Made by a program: the position numbers and the translations under genes | Origin: an uncultured Hyphomicrobium sp. | GTDB taxonomy: Bacteria; Pseudomonadota; Alphaproteobacteria; Rhizobiales; Hyphomicrobiaceae | Direction: 5' to 3' | Length of the DNA stretch: 64,000 nt | NCBI GenBank assembly: GCA_964405975.1 | Contig: CAYOPW010000003.1 | Coordinates: 1,354-65,353, forward strand | The notes under the pieces: model-generated | What the model saw: the letters and a program-made list of their open reading frames with translations, nothing else | Told to the model about the DNA's origin: nothing | Database searches by the model: none | Part shown: one piece after another, positions 38,876 through 48,042 of the stretch | How the letters are laid out: each line of letters begins with the position of its first letter | How positions within the stretch are numbered: the first letter of the stretch is position 1

Positions 38876-39388
38876 TCAGTTCTTCGGGGCGCTTCCACCC
38901 TGTCGCACGGCCAGCTCCTGCTGCCGTCGCATGAACAGTGCGGCGAAGTCGATGGGGTCCAACAAGAGCGGCGGAAATCCCCCTTCGCGCGTGATATCAG
39001 CCACGATACGGCGCATGAAGGGAAACAGAATCGACGGACAGTTGATCAGCAAGAACGGTTGCAGCGATTGCTGAGGTACGTTCTTGAGTTTGAAGAGACC
39101 AGCGTAAACAAGCTCGAGCTCATAGATGACGCCGTGCTTATTAGCGGCCTGGGCATTAAAGTCGATCGCGCTTTCATATAGATCGGTGCCCGCATTGTTT
39201 GAACTTACGTTCACCGTGATCTTGATGTTGGGATTGTCGCCCGGCTCGCTGAGAAGCTTGGTGATATTCGGATTTTCGAAGGAGAGATCCTTAATGTACT
39301 GACCAACGACCTGCACTTGAGCAGGCTGAGTATCTTCTTTTGCTTGCTCAGCAGACTTGCCGTTCGTTTCTTTTCCGTCGTTTGCCAT
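38876..39388 (-). CDS. secB: protein-export chaperone SecB
   Basis: VVGQYIKDLSFENPN...LLINCPSILFPFMRRIVADITREGGFPPLLLDPIDF. Confidence 0.93.
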   Translation of the reverse strand: MANDGKETNGKSAEQAKEDTQPAQVQVVGQYIKDLSFENPNITKLLSEPGDNPNIKITVNVSSNNAGTDLYESAIDFNAQAANKHGVIYELELVYAGLFKLKNVPQQSLQPFLLINCPSILFPFMRRIVADITREGGFPPLLLDPIDFAALFMRRQQELAVRQGGSAPKN

Positions 39389-39473
39389 TTAATCTGGTCC
39401 ATAGTACTGGGGCGCGAACCGCGCTCGCTAACACGCCAAAGCATTCTTTCGCAATGCCTGCGTGTGGTGCTGC

Positions 39474-39953
39474 CTACTCTTCCTTTTCCGGCTTACGCGG
39501 AGTGTCATTCAAACGTTTGTAGGTGCCTTCGATGACCACGTGGCGTCGTTCATCCTGCTTCGCTTGCGGGCCTGTCGTAGTAGATGTGGCGAAAAGACCC
39601 GAGGTGGCCCACCCAATCGCCATCCTGCGAATCGGCGGGACGAGCAGCAACAAGCCAACCGCGTCGGTTAACAGGCCAGGAATCATCAGGAAGAAGCCGG
39701 CCATGATAACCACGAAGCTGTCGAAAACCGGCCCAATCGGGGGCTTGCCTTCGTTCATGGCGGCGAAAGCACGGCTCACCATGGAAAGGCCTTGCTGGCG
39801 TATAACGACTATGCCCAGCCCAGCCGCGGCAATGAGGAGCATTATCGTGGGCCAGATGCCGATCGTTTGCCCAACTTTGATCAGAAGTGCGATCTCAAGC
39901 AGCGGAAACGCTATGAAGACCAGCAATAGGGCGAAGCGTAAAGAAGACAGCAT
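39474..39953 (-). CDS. fxsA: FxsA family membrane protein
   Basis: FPLLEIALLIKVGQTIGIWPTIMLLIAAAGLGIVVIRQQG is typical of FxsA. Confidence 0.85.
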   Translation of the reverse strand: MLSSLRFALLLVFIAFPLLEIALLIKVGQTIGIWPTIMLLIAAAGLGIVVIRQQGLSMVSRAFAAMNEGKPPIGPVFDSFVVIMAGFFLMIPGLLTDAVGLLLLVPPIRRMAIGWATSGLFATSTTTGPQAKQDERRHVVIEGTYKRLNDTPRKPEKEE

Positions 39954-40197
39954 AGAGCGTACTCACTGGTGAATATTAATCGTCTGTAATATCAGGGTAA
40001 GGTTCCGCCCCGTAATCCGGTTGGCTTTGGGGCGTTTGTGCCGTAATTTGGCCGGTGCGACCACCCTGAGCCCATGATAGCGAAACGGGTCTGAGGCCCA
40101 AGGGACGCTTTTAGAGCTTGGGCCGCGCCTGCATCGCGATCATATATGTACCTATCGAATGCAGTCACGCTGTTGATCGCCAGGAAAGCAAGCCTCA

Positions 40198-40941
40198 ATG
40201 GAGAAAATTGATCTCTTCACACTAATCTCGATCATCGTCGCGGTCGTCGTGGTGTGGAAACTGAGAAGCGTTTTGGGCAGGCGCACGGGCGATGAAGAGG
40301 CCCGCATTGAGCGCTACCGTGCCGAGCGGCGCCAAGAAGGTGCTCCAACCTCGCCTAGCGACAATGTGGTCACGTTGCCCCCCCGTGACCGCGAACACAC
40401 TGGGCCTGACGCAGGCACTGACGTAGCCGTGGCCGACGCAGAGGAACGTATCAAGGCGTTTCCTGGCGTGAACGCGGAGGTACGTAACGGGCTTTTGGAG
40501 ATCGCCAAACGTGATCCGGCCTTTGACCCTGAAGCCTTCGTTCAAGGCGCGCGCCAAGCCTACGAGATGATTGTCACGGCGTTTGCCGAGGGGAATCGTA
40601 AACTTCTCAAGGGCCTGCTGAGCAAAGAGGTCTATGATGGCTTCTCCCGCGCCATGTCTGAGCGCGAGGATCGCGGCGAGCAGATCGATCAAAGCTTCGT
40701 TGGCATCAACAAAGCCGATATTCTCGAATCGGATGTGAAGAGCGGCATTGCCAGTATCACGGTCCGTTTTGTAAGCCAGCTCATTTCAGCGACGCGCGAT
40801 CGAGCGGGCGCCATCATCACGGGCGATCCACAGCGGATCAAGGAAGTCACCGACATCTGGACGTTCAGCCGCGAAATCTCGACAAAGCAGGCCCTCGCCA
40901 ATCCGAATTGGTGGCTCGTCGAAACGCAGTCTCCCGCCTAG
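40198..40941 (+). CDS. Tim44-like domain protein
   Basis: An N-terminal TM helix and a C-terminal Tim44-like domain (FDPEAFVQGARQAYEMIVTAFAEGN...WTFSRE...NPNWWLVETQ), as found in alphaproteobacteria. Confidence 0.8.
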   Translation: MEKIDLFTLISIIVAVVVVWKLRSVLGRRTGDEEARIERYRAERRQEGAPTSPSDNVVTLPPRDREHTGPDAGTDVAVADAEERIKAFPGVNAEVRNGLLEIAKRDPAFDPEAFVQGARQAYEMIVTAFAEGNRKLLKGLLSKEVYDGFSRAMSEREDRGEQIDQSFVGINKADILESDVKSGIASITVRFVSQLISATRDRAGAIITGDPQRIKEVTDIWTFSREISTKQALANPNWWLVETQSPA

Positions 40942-41001
40942 TCGAACGTTCAAACGCGCGGGTCCGCTTAAGGGGGTGAATGAGCGAGGGAGGGAACCTG
41001 G

Positions 41002-42282
41002 TTGGCTCGTGTCGTACTTAAATGTGCGAGATGGCATCAAGCAGCCGCAATGGCGGGTGCCGTGGCCGCATTGGCTGCCACGGTGGACCTATCGTATGCC
41101 GCGCCACAGGGGCGTTCTACTCGGCCCAATATGACTATGAGCAAGGTCACATTTAAACCGGCGGCGTTTGCAGATCTGTCGGGCTGGCAGGACGATGATC
41201 ATCTGGCCGCGTTTAAGACCTTTTTGACGTCGTGCGATCAGTTGATTGTGGCGCGCCGCGCTACGTCAAACGGCAGCAAAGCGTCACTCGATGCCCTGGC
41301 CACAGCCTGCCGCGCGGCCAAGGCACTTAAAAGTCCAACGAGAGCGGCGGCGCGGGCGTTTTTTGAAACCCACTTCGTGCCTCATCGCGTGGAGCACAAA
41401 GCGGGCGAGGGTATTCTGACGGGCTACTACGAGCCTGTATTGCAGGGTGCCCGCAAGCCCCACGGCCGCTTCAAGACCCCGATTTATCGCCGCCCGCCCG
41501 ACCTGGTGAATGTCGTGGCCGAGACCAAGCGCGCCGTAAAGGGGCGCCGTTTTACCCACATGCGCAAGACTGCGGCTGGGCTGGTTCCCTATCCAACACG
41601 CGCTGAGATCGAGCAGGGTGCTCTGGCGGGTCAGGGCCTGGAACTTCTTTATCTGGCAGATCCTGTCGACGCATTTTTCATGCACATCCAGGGATCGGGC
41701 CGCGTCGACCTGACGAACGGTAAGTCGATCCGCATTTCATATGACGGCAAGAATGGTCATCCCTATTCGTCGATCGGCAAGTACTTGGTCAGGATGGGCC
41801 AACTGCCGGCCGACAAGGTTTCCCTTCAATCCTTGAGAAAATGGCTGCGTGCTGATCGTACTCGCGGCCAAAAGGTCATGTGGAAGAATGGGTCTTTCAT
41901 CTTCTTTCGCGAACTTCGCGGCCGCGAGGCTGAGGGCGCATTGGGCGCAATGTCAGTTACGCTAACATCGGGTCGGAGTCTGGCCGTAGACACCGCCTAT
42001 CATACCCTTGGCACCCCGATTTTCGTTTCCGCTCCCCGATTGAAACATGCCAGCAAGAAGGGCGGCTTTTCCCGTTTGATGATCGCGCAAGATGTCGGTT
42101 CAGCGATTAAGGGGCCTGAGCGCGGCGATATCTATTATGGCTCCGGTGACAAGGCTGGCCGGCTCGCTGGAACCACCAATCATCCCGGCAACTTCTTTGT
42201 GCTTTTACCCGGCACAACAAAGCACGCGACGCAGCCCAGCGAACGCCTTCCATGGAAAAAGATCGAAAAGGCCGAACGCTGA
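41002..42282 (+). CDS. mltA: membrane-bound lytic murein transglycosylase A
   Basis: MltA and 3D domains are present: GYYEPVLQGAR, FFMHIQGSGRV, SYDGKNGHPYSSIGKYL, LAVDTAYHTLGTPIFV, and AQDVGSAIKGPERGDIYYG. The TTG 41002 start has the GAGGGAGGGA SD. ATG 41050 is the alternative. Confidence 0.88.
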   Translation: MARVVLKCARWHQAAAMAGAVAALAATVDLSYAAPQGRSTRPNMTMSKVTFKPAAFADLSGWQDDDHLAAFKTFLTSCDQLIVARRATSNGSKASLDALATACRAAKALKSPTRAAARAFFETHFVPHRVEHKAGEGILTGYYEPVLQGARKPHGRFKTPIYRRPPDLVNVVAETKRAVKGRRFTHMRKTAAGLVPYPTRAEIEQGALAGQGLELLYLADPVDAFFMHIQGSGRVDLTNGKSIRISYDGKNGHPYSSIGKYLVRMGQLPADKVSLQSLRKWLRADRTRGQKVMWKNGSFIFFRELRGREAEGALGAMSVTLTSGRSLAVDTAYHTLGTPIFVSAPRLKHASKKGGFSRLMIAQDVGSAIKGPERGDIYYGSGDKAGRLAGTTNHPGNFFVLLPGTTKHATQPSERLPWKKIEKAER

Positions 42283-42926
42283 GCAAGTCTGCCCGCAAGA
42301 GCAGCAGCGGAAAGCATCATCTCTCCGATGAGGAGCGCTCACTCTGGGAGCATGCCGCGAGCAATTTGCGGCCCCTAAAACAGAGGGAGGGTCGCGTTCA
42401 GGTCGGGCACGAAGACACCCTGGAAAAGCCTCCGCGGCGGCCAGAAGCGTCGCAGAAGCCGGCCCCGAAAGGAACGGCCGAACGTTCCGTGCCGGGGCAC
42501 TCAGCAAAGCAGTCGCCCGCGAAATCAGCGCCGCCACCTTCCCAACTCGATCGCCGCAAGGCGCGCAAGATTAGTTCCGGCCGGATTGAGATTGAGGCAC
42601 GCATAGATTTGCACGGCATGCGCCAGCGAGAGGCTCACTCAGCCTTGCGCCGATTCCTGCTCAACGCCCATGCGAAGGGACAGCGCTGGGTGCTTGTCAT
42701 CACCGGTAAGGGAATTGCCCCGCGTGCTAATTCTGAGGCGTACGAGTATGCTGGACTGCGCGAGGAGGAGCGCGGCGTCATCAAACGTAACGTGCCACGC
42801 TGGCTCGCCGAACCTCAACTGCGCGCCATCATCATAAGCTTCGCGCCAGCAACCGCTCGGCATGGGGGTGAAGGCGCACTCTACATACAGCTCCGCAAGC
42901 GCGCACGAGCAGGCCCAGAATATTAG
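42252..42926 (+). CDS. Smr/MutS2-type small domain protein
   Basis: C-terminal Smr domain (IDLHGMRQREAHSALRRFLLNAHAKGQRWVLVITGKG...RHGGEGALYIQL). It overlaps the mltA 3' end by 31 nt if ATG 42252 is used. Confidence 0.8.
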   Translation: MEKDRKGRTLSKSARKSSSGKHHLSDEERSLWEHAASNLRPLKQREGRVQVGHEDTLEKPPRRPEASQKPAPKGTAERSVPGHSAKQSPAKSAPPPSQLDRRKARKISSGRIEIEARIDLHGMRQREAHSALRRFLLNAHAKGQRWVLVITGKGIAPRANSEAYEYAGLREEERGVIKRNVPRWLAEPQLRAIIISFAPATARHGGEGALYIQLRKRARAGPEY

Positions 42927-42929
42927 GGC

Positions 42930-43451
42930 TCATGGGCACGTGGCGGTCATCTTGTCCAAGGCTTGGGAGATGCCCGAAAGCGAATAGGTATCGGTGGTAT
43001 TTGTGCCCCGGGTTGAGGTGGCCCGCACTATGGCGGTCGATCCCTTTTTCATCGCGTCGATCAGCTTCAGCTCTTCGGAAGGATCAGCCACGAAACCGTG
43101 TTGGTCCTTTGAAAAGAGGTTGAATATGTCGGTTCCGATCGTAACCGTAACGTCCTTTTCGGTGTTGATTGGGTAGCCAACCTTTACACTAGGCTCTGCC
43201 TTGATACCGTCCTTGGGCCAAGCCGAAATATAGAAGAAGATGGAGCCGCGGTTTGCGCCAATGGGCTCGACTGCTTGCGGAGCCGAGGCTGCAAAGCAAA
43301 CCTTTTTAGGCGTGCCAGTGTCAGCATACAGGCTCCAGGCGCCCGAGCGCTCCACAAGATTGACCGTCTGCGCCGTTGTGGGCGTAACAAGCACCGCGCT
43401 CATGGCCAGGACGGAGGCAGCAGCGACGACAGAGTTGCGAGTTATGCTCAT
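42930..43451 (-). CDS. invasion-associated locus B (IalB) family periplasmic protein
   Basis: A signal peptide, and length and composition typical of alphaproteobacterial IalB. Start trimmed to ATG 43451, preceded by GGGAG. Confidence 0.65.
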   Translation of the reverse strand: MSITRNSVVAAASVLAMSAVLVTPTTAQTVNLVERSGAWSLYADTGTPKKVCFAASAPQAVEPIGANRGSIFFYISAWPKDGIKAEPSVKVGYPINTEKDVTVTIGTDIFNLFSKDQHGFVADPSEELKLIDAMKKGSTAIVRATSTRGTNTTDTYSLSGISQALDKMTATCP

Positions 43452-43532
43452 AGGGCTCCCTAGGCCGTGGCTGATTGATCTACAGCTAGCATAAGCGCCA
43501 ATTATGGCGCCTGTCATCCTCTCCGCCCCATT

Positions 43533-44078
43533 CTACGCACCGCTGCGGCGCGGTATGGCTCCGACGGTCTTGGGGCCGCCATCTCTGATCGGCCGTTCAG
43601 CAAAGCGCGCCATGCTCCTCACGCGGTCATACATCACGATAGCTCCAGCCATGGCAACGTTGATGCAAAAGCGGGTCGGAATTCTGACGATATGATCGCA
43701 TCGCTCAGTAAGTCCTTGTGAAAGCGAGCCTTGTTCCGGTCCCAAAACATAGGCCGCGCGCATGGGATGACGAAAGCTCGGCAGATCGATAGCCTCATCG
43801 AGAAGTTCCACGCCAACGAGCTTGCAGCCCTCGGGCAATGCCATTTCGTCTACCGCGACCCAGTTGAAATGTGGCAGATGCCACTGTCCTTTAGAGGTAT
43901 CCGCGCGGGCCTCCAGCGCCTGGTAGGTGGCGCCGATGGTGAAGGTGAAGCTCGCTCCAAAGCCGTGTGCTGAGCGCATTAGATTGCCGAGGTTAAGCGC
44001 CTTCGACACGCGCTCGGCACCAATGCCGAAGTACCCGCGGGCGGCGGGCGGCCAATTTGCAACGGGGGTTTGCGACAT
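43533..44078 (-). CDS. SpoU/TrmH-family RNA 2'-O-methyltransferase
   Basis: FGIGAERVSKALNLGNLMRSAHGFGA...AYVLGPEQGSLS...IVRIPTRFCINVAMAGAIVMYD is a SPOUT knot motif. Confidence 0.8.
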   Translation of the reverse strand: MSQTPVANWPPAARGYFGIGAERVSKALNLGNLMRSAHGFGASFTFTIGATYQALEARADTSKGQWHLPHFNWVAVDEMALPEGCKLVGVELLDEAIDLPSFRHPMRAAYVLGPEQGSLSQGLTERCDHIVRIPTRFCINVAMAGAIVMYDRVRSMARFAERPIRDGGPKTVGAIPRRSGA

Positions 44079-44184
44079 TTGCTGTCTGATCCGAATTCTA
44101 TGAATTGGCCTTGCCGGAGCCAGCGGCCCGTGGTCGAAGGTCAGCCGATTTAAGCAGCACCATCCTGGCCCCAGGAGGTTTTAC

Positions 44185-45159
44185 ATGAAGGCCGCCCTTT
44201 GCAAGAGCCTCGATGGCCCTGATGGTCTCGTCATTGAGGACATAGACCCACCCACGCCGGGGCCGGGCGACGTCCTGGTAGCTGTTAAGGCCGCGGCCCT
44301 CAACTTCGCCGACACGCTCATCACGCGTGGCAAGTACCAGGCAAGACCTGAATTGCCGTTTTCGCCGGCTGCCGAATTTGCCGGTGTTGTCGAAGCGGTC
44401 GGCGACGGGGTCGTCAGCCTCACTGCTGGCGACCGGGTCATGGCCTATATCACCTGGGGCGGAGCGCGCGAGCAGGTTGTGGTCCCCGCCAATGCGCTCG
44501 TGCCCATTCCCGACGCGGTAAGCGATGAGATTGCCGCTGGCGTTAGCGTGACATACGGCACGGCGATCCACGGCTTGAAAGACCGTGCTCGATTGCAGCA
44601 GGGCGAGACGATTGCCGTGTTAGGCGCAGCGGGCGGCGCCGGTCTTGCTGCGCTGGAGATTGCCAAGCTCATGGGCGCACGCGTGATTGCGGTTGCTTCC
44701 TCAGCCGACAAGCTCAGCGTTTGTAGGAGTCACGGCGCTGACGATCTGGTCAACTATCAAGAAACCGAACTCAAGACGGCGCTTCGAAATATGACTGCGG
44801 GGGACGGTGTTAATGTCGTTTATGATTGTGTCGGCGGCGACTCATCGGAGGCGGCAGTGCGTGCGATGGCTTGGCAGGGACGCTTTCTTGTCGTCGGATT
44901 TGCCTCAGGGCAGATCCCAAAAATCCCACTTAACCTGCTTCTGCTGAAGGGCGCAGAAGCCAACGGTGTCAACTGGCCGGAGTCAGTTAAGCGGGAGCCC
45001 GCCGGACATCGCAGAAACATGACGCAGGTGCTGCGCTGGATCGCGGAAGGCAATCTCACGCCACGGATCCACGCGACCTTCCCCCTAAACCGGATCCGTG
45101 AGGCGATCGGCGTTCTGGACCGGCGTGAGGCAGTCGGCAAGGTAATCGTAACGATGTAG
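44185..45159 (+). CDS. NADPH:quinone oxidoreductase (zeta-crystallin/MDR family)
   Basis: DVLVAVKAAALNFADTL, the GxGxxG-like VLGAAGGAGLAALEIAK, and the C-terminal GKVIVTM. Confidence 0.88.
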   Translation: MKAALCKSLDGPDGLVIEDIDPPTPGPGDVLVAVKAAALNFADTLITRGKYQARPELPFSPAAEFAGVVEAVGDGVVSLTAGDRVMAYITWGGAREQVVVPANALVPIPDAVSDEIAAGVSVTYGTAIHGLKDRARLQQGETIAVLGAAGGAGLAALEIAKLMGARVIAVASSADKLSVCRSHGADDLVNYQETELKTALRNMTAGDGVNVVYDCVGGDSSEAAVRAMAWQGRFLVVGFASGQIPKIPLNLLLLKGAEANGVNWPESVKREPAGHRRNMTQVLRWIAEGNLTPRIHATFPLNRIREAIGVLDRREAVGKVIVTM

Positions 45160-45189
45160 TCCGGCGACGGGCACGAATTCAGACAATAT

Positions 45190-45954
45190 TTGCCATCGGC
45201 CGGTGATGCTCCGCGAACATGTGTCAATGCCGGGGGGCAGGTTCTGAGTATGTGCGCGTTCCAAAGGATCTGGGGTTCGGCGACGCTTATTGCTGGGCTG
45301 CTGGCAGCAGTGCAGCCAACTATTGCCCAGTCGCTGAAACAAAGATTGTTTGACGCGACAGGTCCGCGCACGCCTATGTACGGCTACAGTCGTATTAACC
45401 CGTATGGTTCCAGTACAGGGCGCTACGAAGATGATTGGCGTCCAGCGAACACCAGGACTTACCGTACGATGTGCGTGCGATTGTGCGATGGGTTTTATTT
45501 CCCCATTAGCTTTGGTGTGCGCCGCGAGTCCTTCTATCGCGATAACCGTGCTTGCATGAAGCGTTGCGCGGGCGGGGCGCGACTCTTTTTCTATCCAACC
45601 GTGGGTGGAAGCATTGCGGATATGATTGATTTTTCTGGCCGATCTTATCGCTCGCTCACGACCGCCTACCGTTATCGCAAGTCCCTGGTTTCAGGATGCA
45701 CGTGTCAAGCAGAGCCCTGGACCGCGGAAGCAAAGGCACGCCACCTGGACTATGCAGCCAAAGAGGCTGAACAGGATGCTGTAGCTTCACAGGCGAAGAA
45801 GCGCGAAGTCGATCTCGCTACGGCGCTAAATGAAGAACGCAAGCTTAGACCGCGACAATCGTACTGGACGCGCCCGCCACGCTTCAACCACTGGCCGACG
45901 CGTCGCGCTGGCTATAGCGGTTGGTCGCCAAAGCGGTGGCGCCAGCACGACTGA
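45190..45954 (+). CDS. DUF2865 domain protein
   Basis: YRTMCVRLCDGFYFPISFGVRRESFYRDNRACMKRCAGGARLFFYP is the DUF2865 core as I remember it. The start may be the internal ATG 45250, which precedes a signal-like segment. Confidence 0.7.
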   Translation: MPSAGDAPRTCVNAGGQVLSMCAFQRIWGSATLIAGLLAAVQPTIAQSLKQRLFDATGPRTPMYGYSRINPYGSSTGRYEDDWRPANTRTYRTMCVRLCDGFYFPISFGVRRESFYRDNRACMKRCAGGARLFFYPTVGGSIADMIDFSGRSYRSLTTAYRYRKSLVSGCTCQAEPWTAEAKARHLDYAAKEAEQDAVASQAKKREVDLATALNEERKLRPRQSYWTRPPRFNHWPTRRAGYSGWSPKRWRQHD

Positions 45955-46530
45955 CTACCAGCCGCCTCCTGAGTCTTGAAAGTCTGCAAATTCCCCGCCT
46001 TTCAGCGGAAAGGCCTCTTCGACCACGTAGGGGCCGCCGCCAGTTTTTGGTCGCGAGGAATAGAGTACAAAGCGATTGACGAAGAAGGGTAGCGAACGAA
46101 AAGCTCCGATGCGGCCCAACAATCGCGCAACCGCAGCAGAGCTGGTGTGCTTCAATCGTGCGATCGTGACATGCGCCTTAAACGACCGGCTCTCTGGTGC
46201 CAATCCGGCCAAGCGTGCGACGCGTTCGTTGGCGCGCGCTAGCGCATCGAGCTCTGGCCCGGCTTCCACGCCGGCCCAAATCGATCTGGGGTCTTTGCCG
46301 CCAAAGACCCCAACCCCTGCTAGGCGTGCCTCAAAAGCGTTCACGTCAATACCTGCGAGGTGGTCAGCAAACTCCGCTGCGCACGTATTGTCGATGTCGC
46401 CGGCAAAGCGAAGTGTGATGTGAAGAATCTCTGACTCGAGCCACTTCACGCCCGGCAAAGGCTGACGCAAGCGCGCTAGCTGTTCGCGCTGCTCAATGGG
46501 GATTTCAATGCCGGTAAAAAGCCGGGGCAT
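45955..46530 (-). CDS. thpR: RNA 2',3'-cyclic phosphodiesterase (2H family, ThpR/LigT)
   Basis: Two HxT/S motifs (LHITLRF and AHVTIAR) with typical spacing. Confidence 0.85.
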   Translation of the reverse strand: MPRLFTGIEIPIEQREQLARLRQPLPGVKWLESEILHITLRFAGDIDNTCAAEFADHLAGIDVNAFEARLAGVGVFGGKDPRSIWAGVEAGPELDALARANERVARLAGLAPESRSFKAHVTIARLKHTSSAAVARLLGRIGAFRSLPFFVNRFVLYSSRPKTGGGPYVVEEAFPLKGGEFADFQDSGGGW

Positions 46531-46542
46531 GGGTATCGCCTG

Positions 46543-47247
46543 TTAGCTTTTAGAGGCAGAGGCACGCTGGGTCGAAGCCCTATCGATCAGCTCCTCGACT
46601 GAAGGTACGATTCGCTTGATGATTTCTGAGATGCCTTTGGAATTCGGGTGAAGTCCATCGTTTTGGTTCAGTTTGGGGTCGAGCACCACGCCGTCAAGGA
46701 AGAATGGATAGAAGACAAGCCCGTACTCATCAGCCAGATCGGGGAAAATAGAATCGAAAGCTTTCGAATAGGTCTCGCCCCAGTTAGCCGGCGCGCGAAT
46801 GCCGGCCAGCAGTATGGAAATGTTGCGCTCCTTGAGGCTATCGATAATTTTCTCCAAATTCGCACGCGTTTCCTTTGGGTCGATGCCGCGTAGTGCATCG
46901 TTTCCTCCGAACTCTAAAATGACGGCATCCGTGCCATCCGGCACTGCCCAGGCAATCCGCTCAAGGCCCGCTGCTGTCGTATCGCCCGACACGCCAGCAT
47001 TGACGACGACCACGTCGTGGCTCCGCGCCTTGAGCACCTTTTGTAGTTGCGCGGGAAAAGAATGGCGTGGTTTGAGCCCGAAACCAGCCGTCAGACTGTC
47101 GCCAAATGCCACAATCCGGATGGGTTTGGCGGGCTCTGCCTGAGCAATGGGCACGTTGACAAGACCCAAGCTTGCATTGACGCCGGCCAAAAGAACCACC
47201 ACTTGTGCAAGTCTGTGCCAGTTGCGTCTTGCGTTCACTGCCTTCAT
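46543..47247 (-). CDS. SGNH/GDSL arylesterase (TesA-like)
   Basis: A signal peptide, IVAFGDSLTAG (block I), GGNDAL (block III), and DGLHPN (block V). It is divergent from ybbA/ybbP-like ABC genes, as in E. coli. Confidence 0.88.
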   Translation of the reverse strand: MKAVNARRNWHRLAQVVVLLAGVNASLGLVNVPIAQAEPAKPIRIVAFGDSLTAGFGLKPRHSFPAQLQKVLKARSHDVVVVNAGVSGDTTAAGLERIAWAVPDGTDAVILEFGGNDALRGIDPKETRANLEKIIDSLKERNISILLAGIRAPANWGETYSKAFDSIFPDLADEYGLVFYPFFLDGVVLDPKLNQNDGLHPNSKGISEIIKRIVPSVEELIDRASTQRASASKS

Positions 47248-47346
47248 CTTTCCGCCTCAACGATCATCCAATCCGATCATCAGGTAGAAGCGCGGTCAAC
47301 GTGAGGCAAGTCCTCGCCCACCGCAAGTAGCGGAGCCTTATCACCC

Positions 47347-48042
47347 GTGTCCCAGCCGATCGTCGCCCTAGATGACGTGAGCTTAACACTGACGAGTCGA
47401 GCCGGCCCCGTCGAGATATTGCGTGACGTGAGCCTTCACGTCGAGGGGGGGCAGTCGTTGGCAATCGTCGGTCCGTCTGGCTCAGGCAAGACTTCGCTTC
47501 TCATGGTGGTGGCGGGTCTGGAGCGCGTATCGAGTGGCGGTGTACGCGTTGCGGGACATGATCTCACCGCTCTCGACGAGGATAAACTTGCACTGGCGCG
47601 CGGTGCCGACATTGGCATCGTTTTCCAGTCGTTCCATCTCGTACCGACCATGACGGCGTTGGAAAACGTGGCGCTGCCGCTGGAATTCGCCGGTACGTCG
47701 AACGCATTCGAGATTGCGCGCGCATTGCTCGATGAGGTTGGCCTCGCCCCGCGCGTCGATCATTTCCCGGCGCAGCTTTCTGGCGGCGAGCAACAGCGCG
47801 TTGCCATCGCGCGCGCGTTGAGCAGGCAGCCGAAGTTGATCCTCGCCGATGAGCCAACGGGCAATCTCGATAGCCAGACAGGAAAGCACGTCGTCGACTT
47901 GTTGTTTGGCCTGCAACGTCGCCGCGATGCAACGCTGATGCTGGTGACGCATGATCTGCGTGTGGCCGCAGCCTGCGGACGAACAATCCACATGGCGGAC
48001 GGCCGCATAAATAATGAAACCGAGGCCCGCGCAGCGTCATGA
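47347..48042 (+). CDS. ABC transporter ATP-binding protein (YbbA/LolD-like)
   Basis: Walker A GPSGSGKTS, the signature LSGGEQQRVAIARAL, and Walker B LILADEPTGNLD. Confidence 0.92.
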   Translation: MSQPIVALDDVSLTLTSRAGPVEILRDVSLHVEGGQSLAIVGPSGSGKTSLLMVVAGLERVSSGGVRVAGHDLTALDEDKLALARGADIGIVFQSFHLVPTMTALENVALPLEFAGTSNAFEIARALLDEVGLAPRVDHFPAQLSGGEQQRVAIARALSRQPKLILADEPTGNLDSQTGKHVVDLLFGLQRRRDATLMLVTHDLRVAAACGRTIHMADGRINNETEARAAS

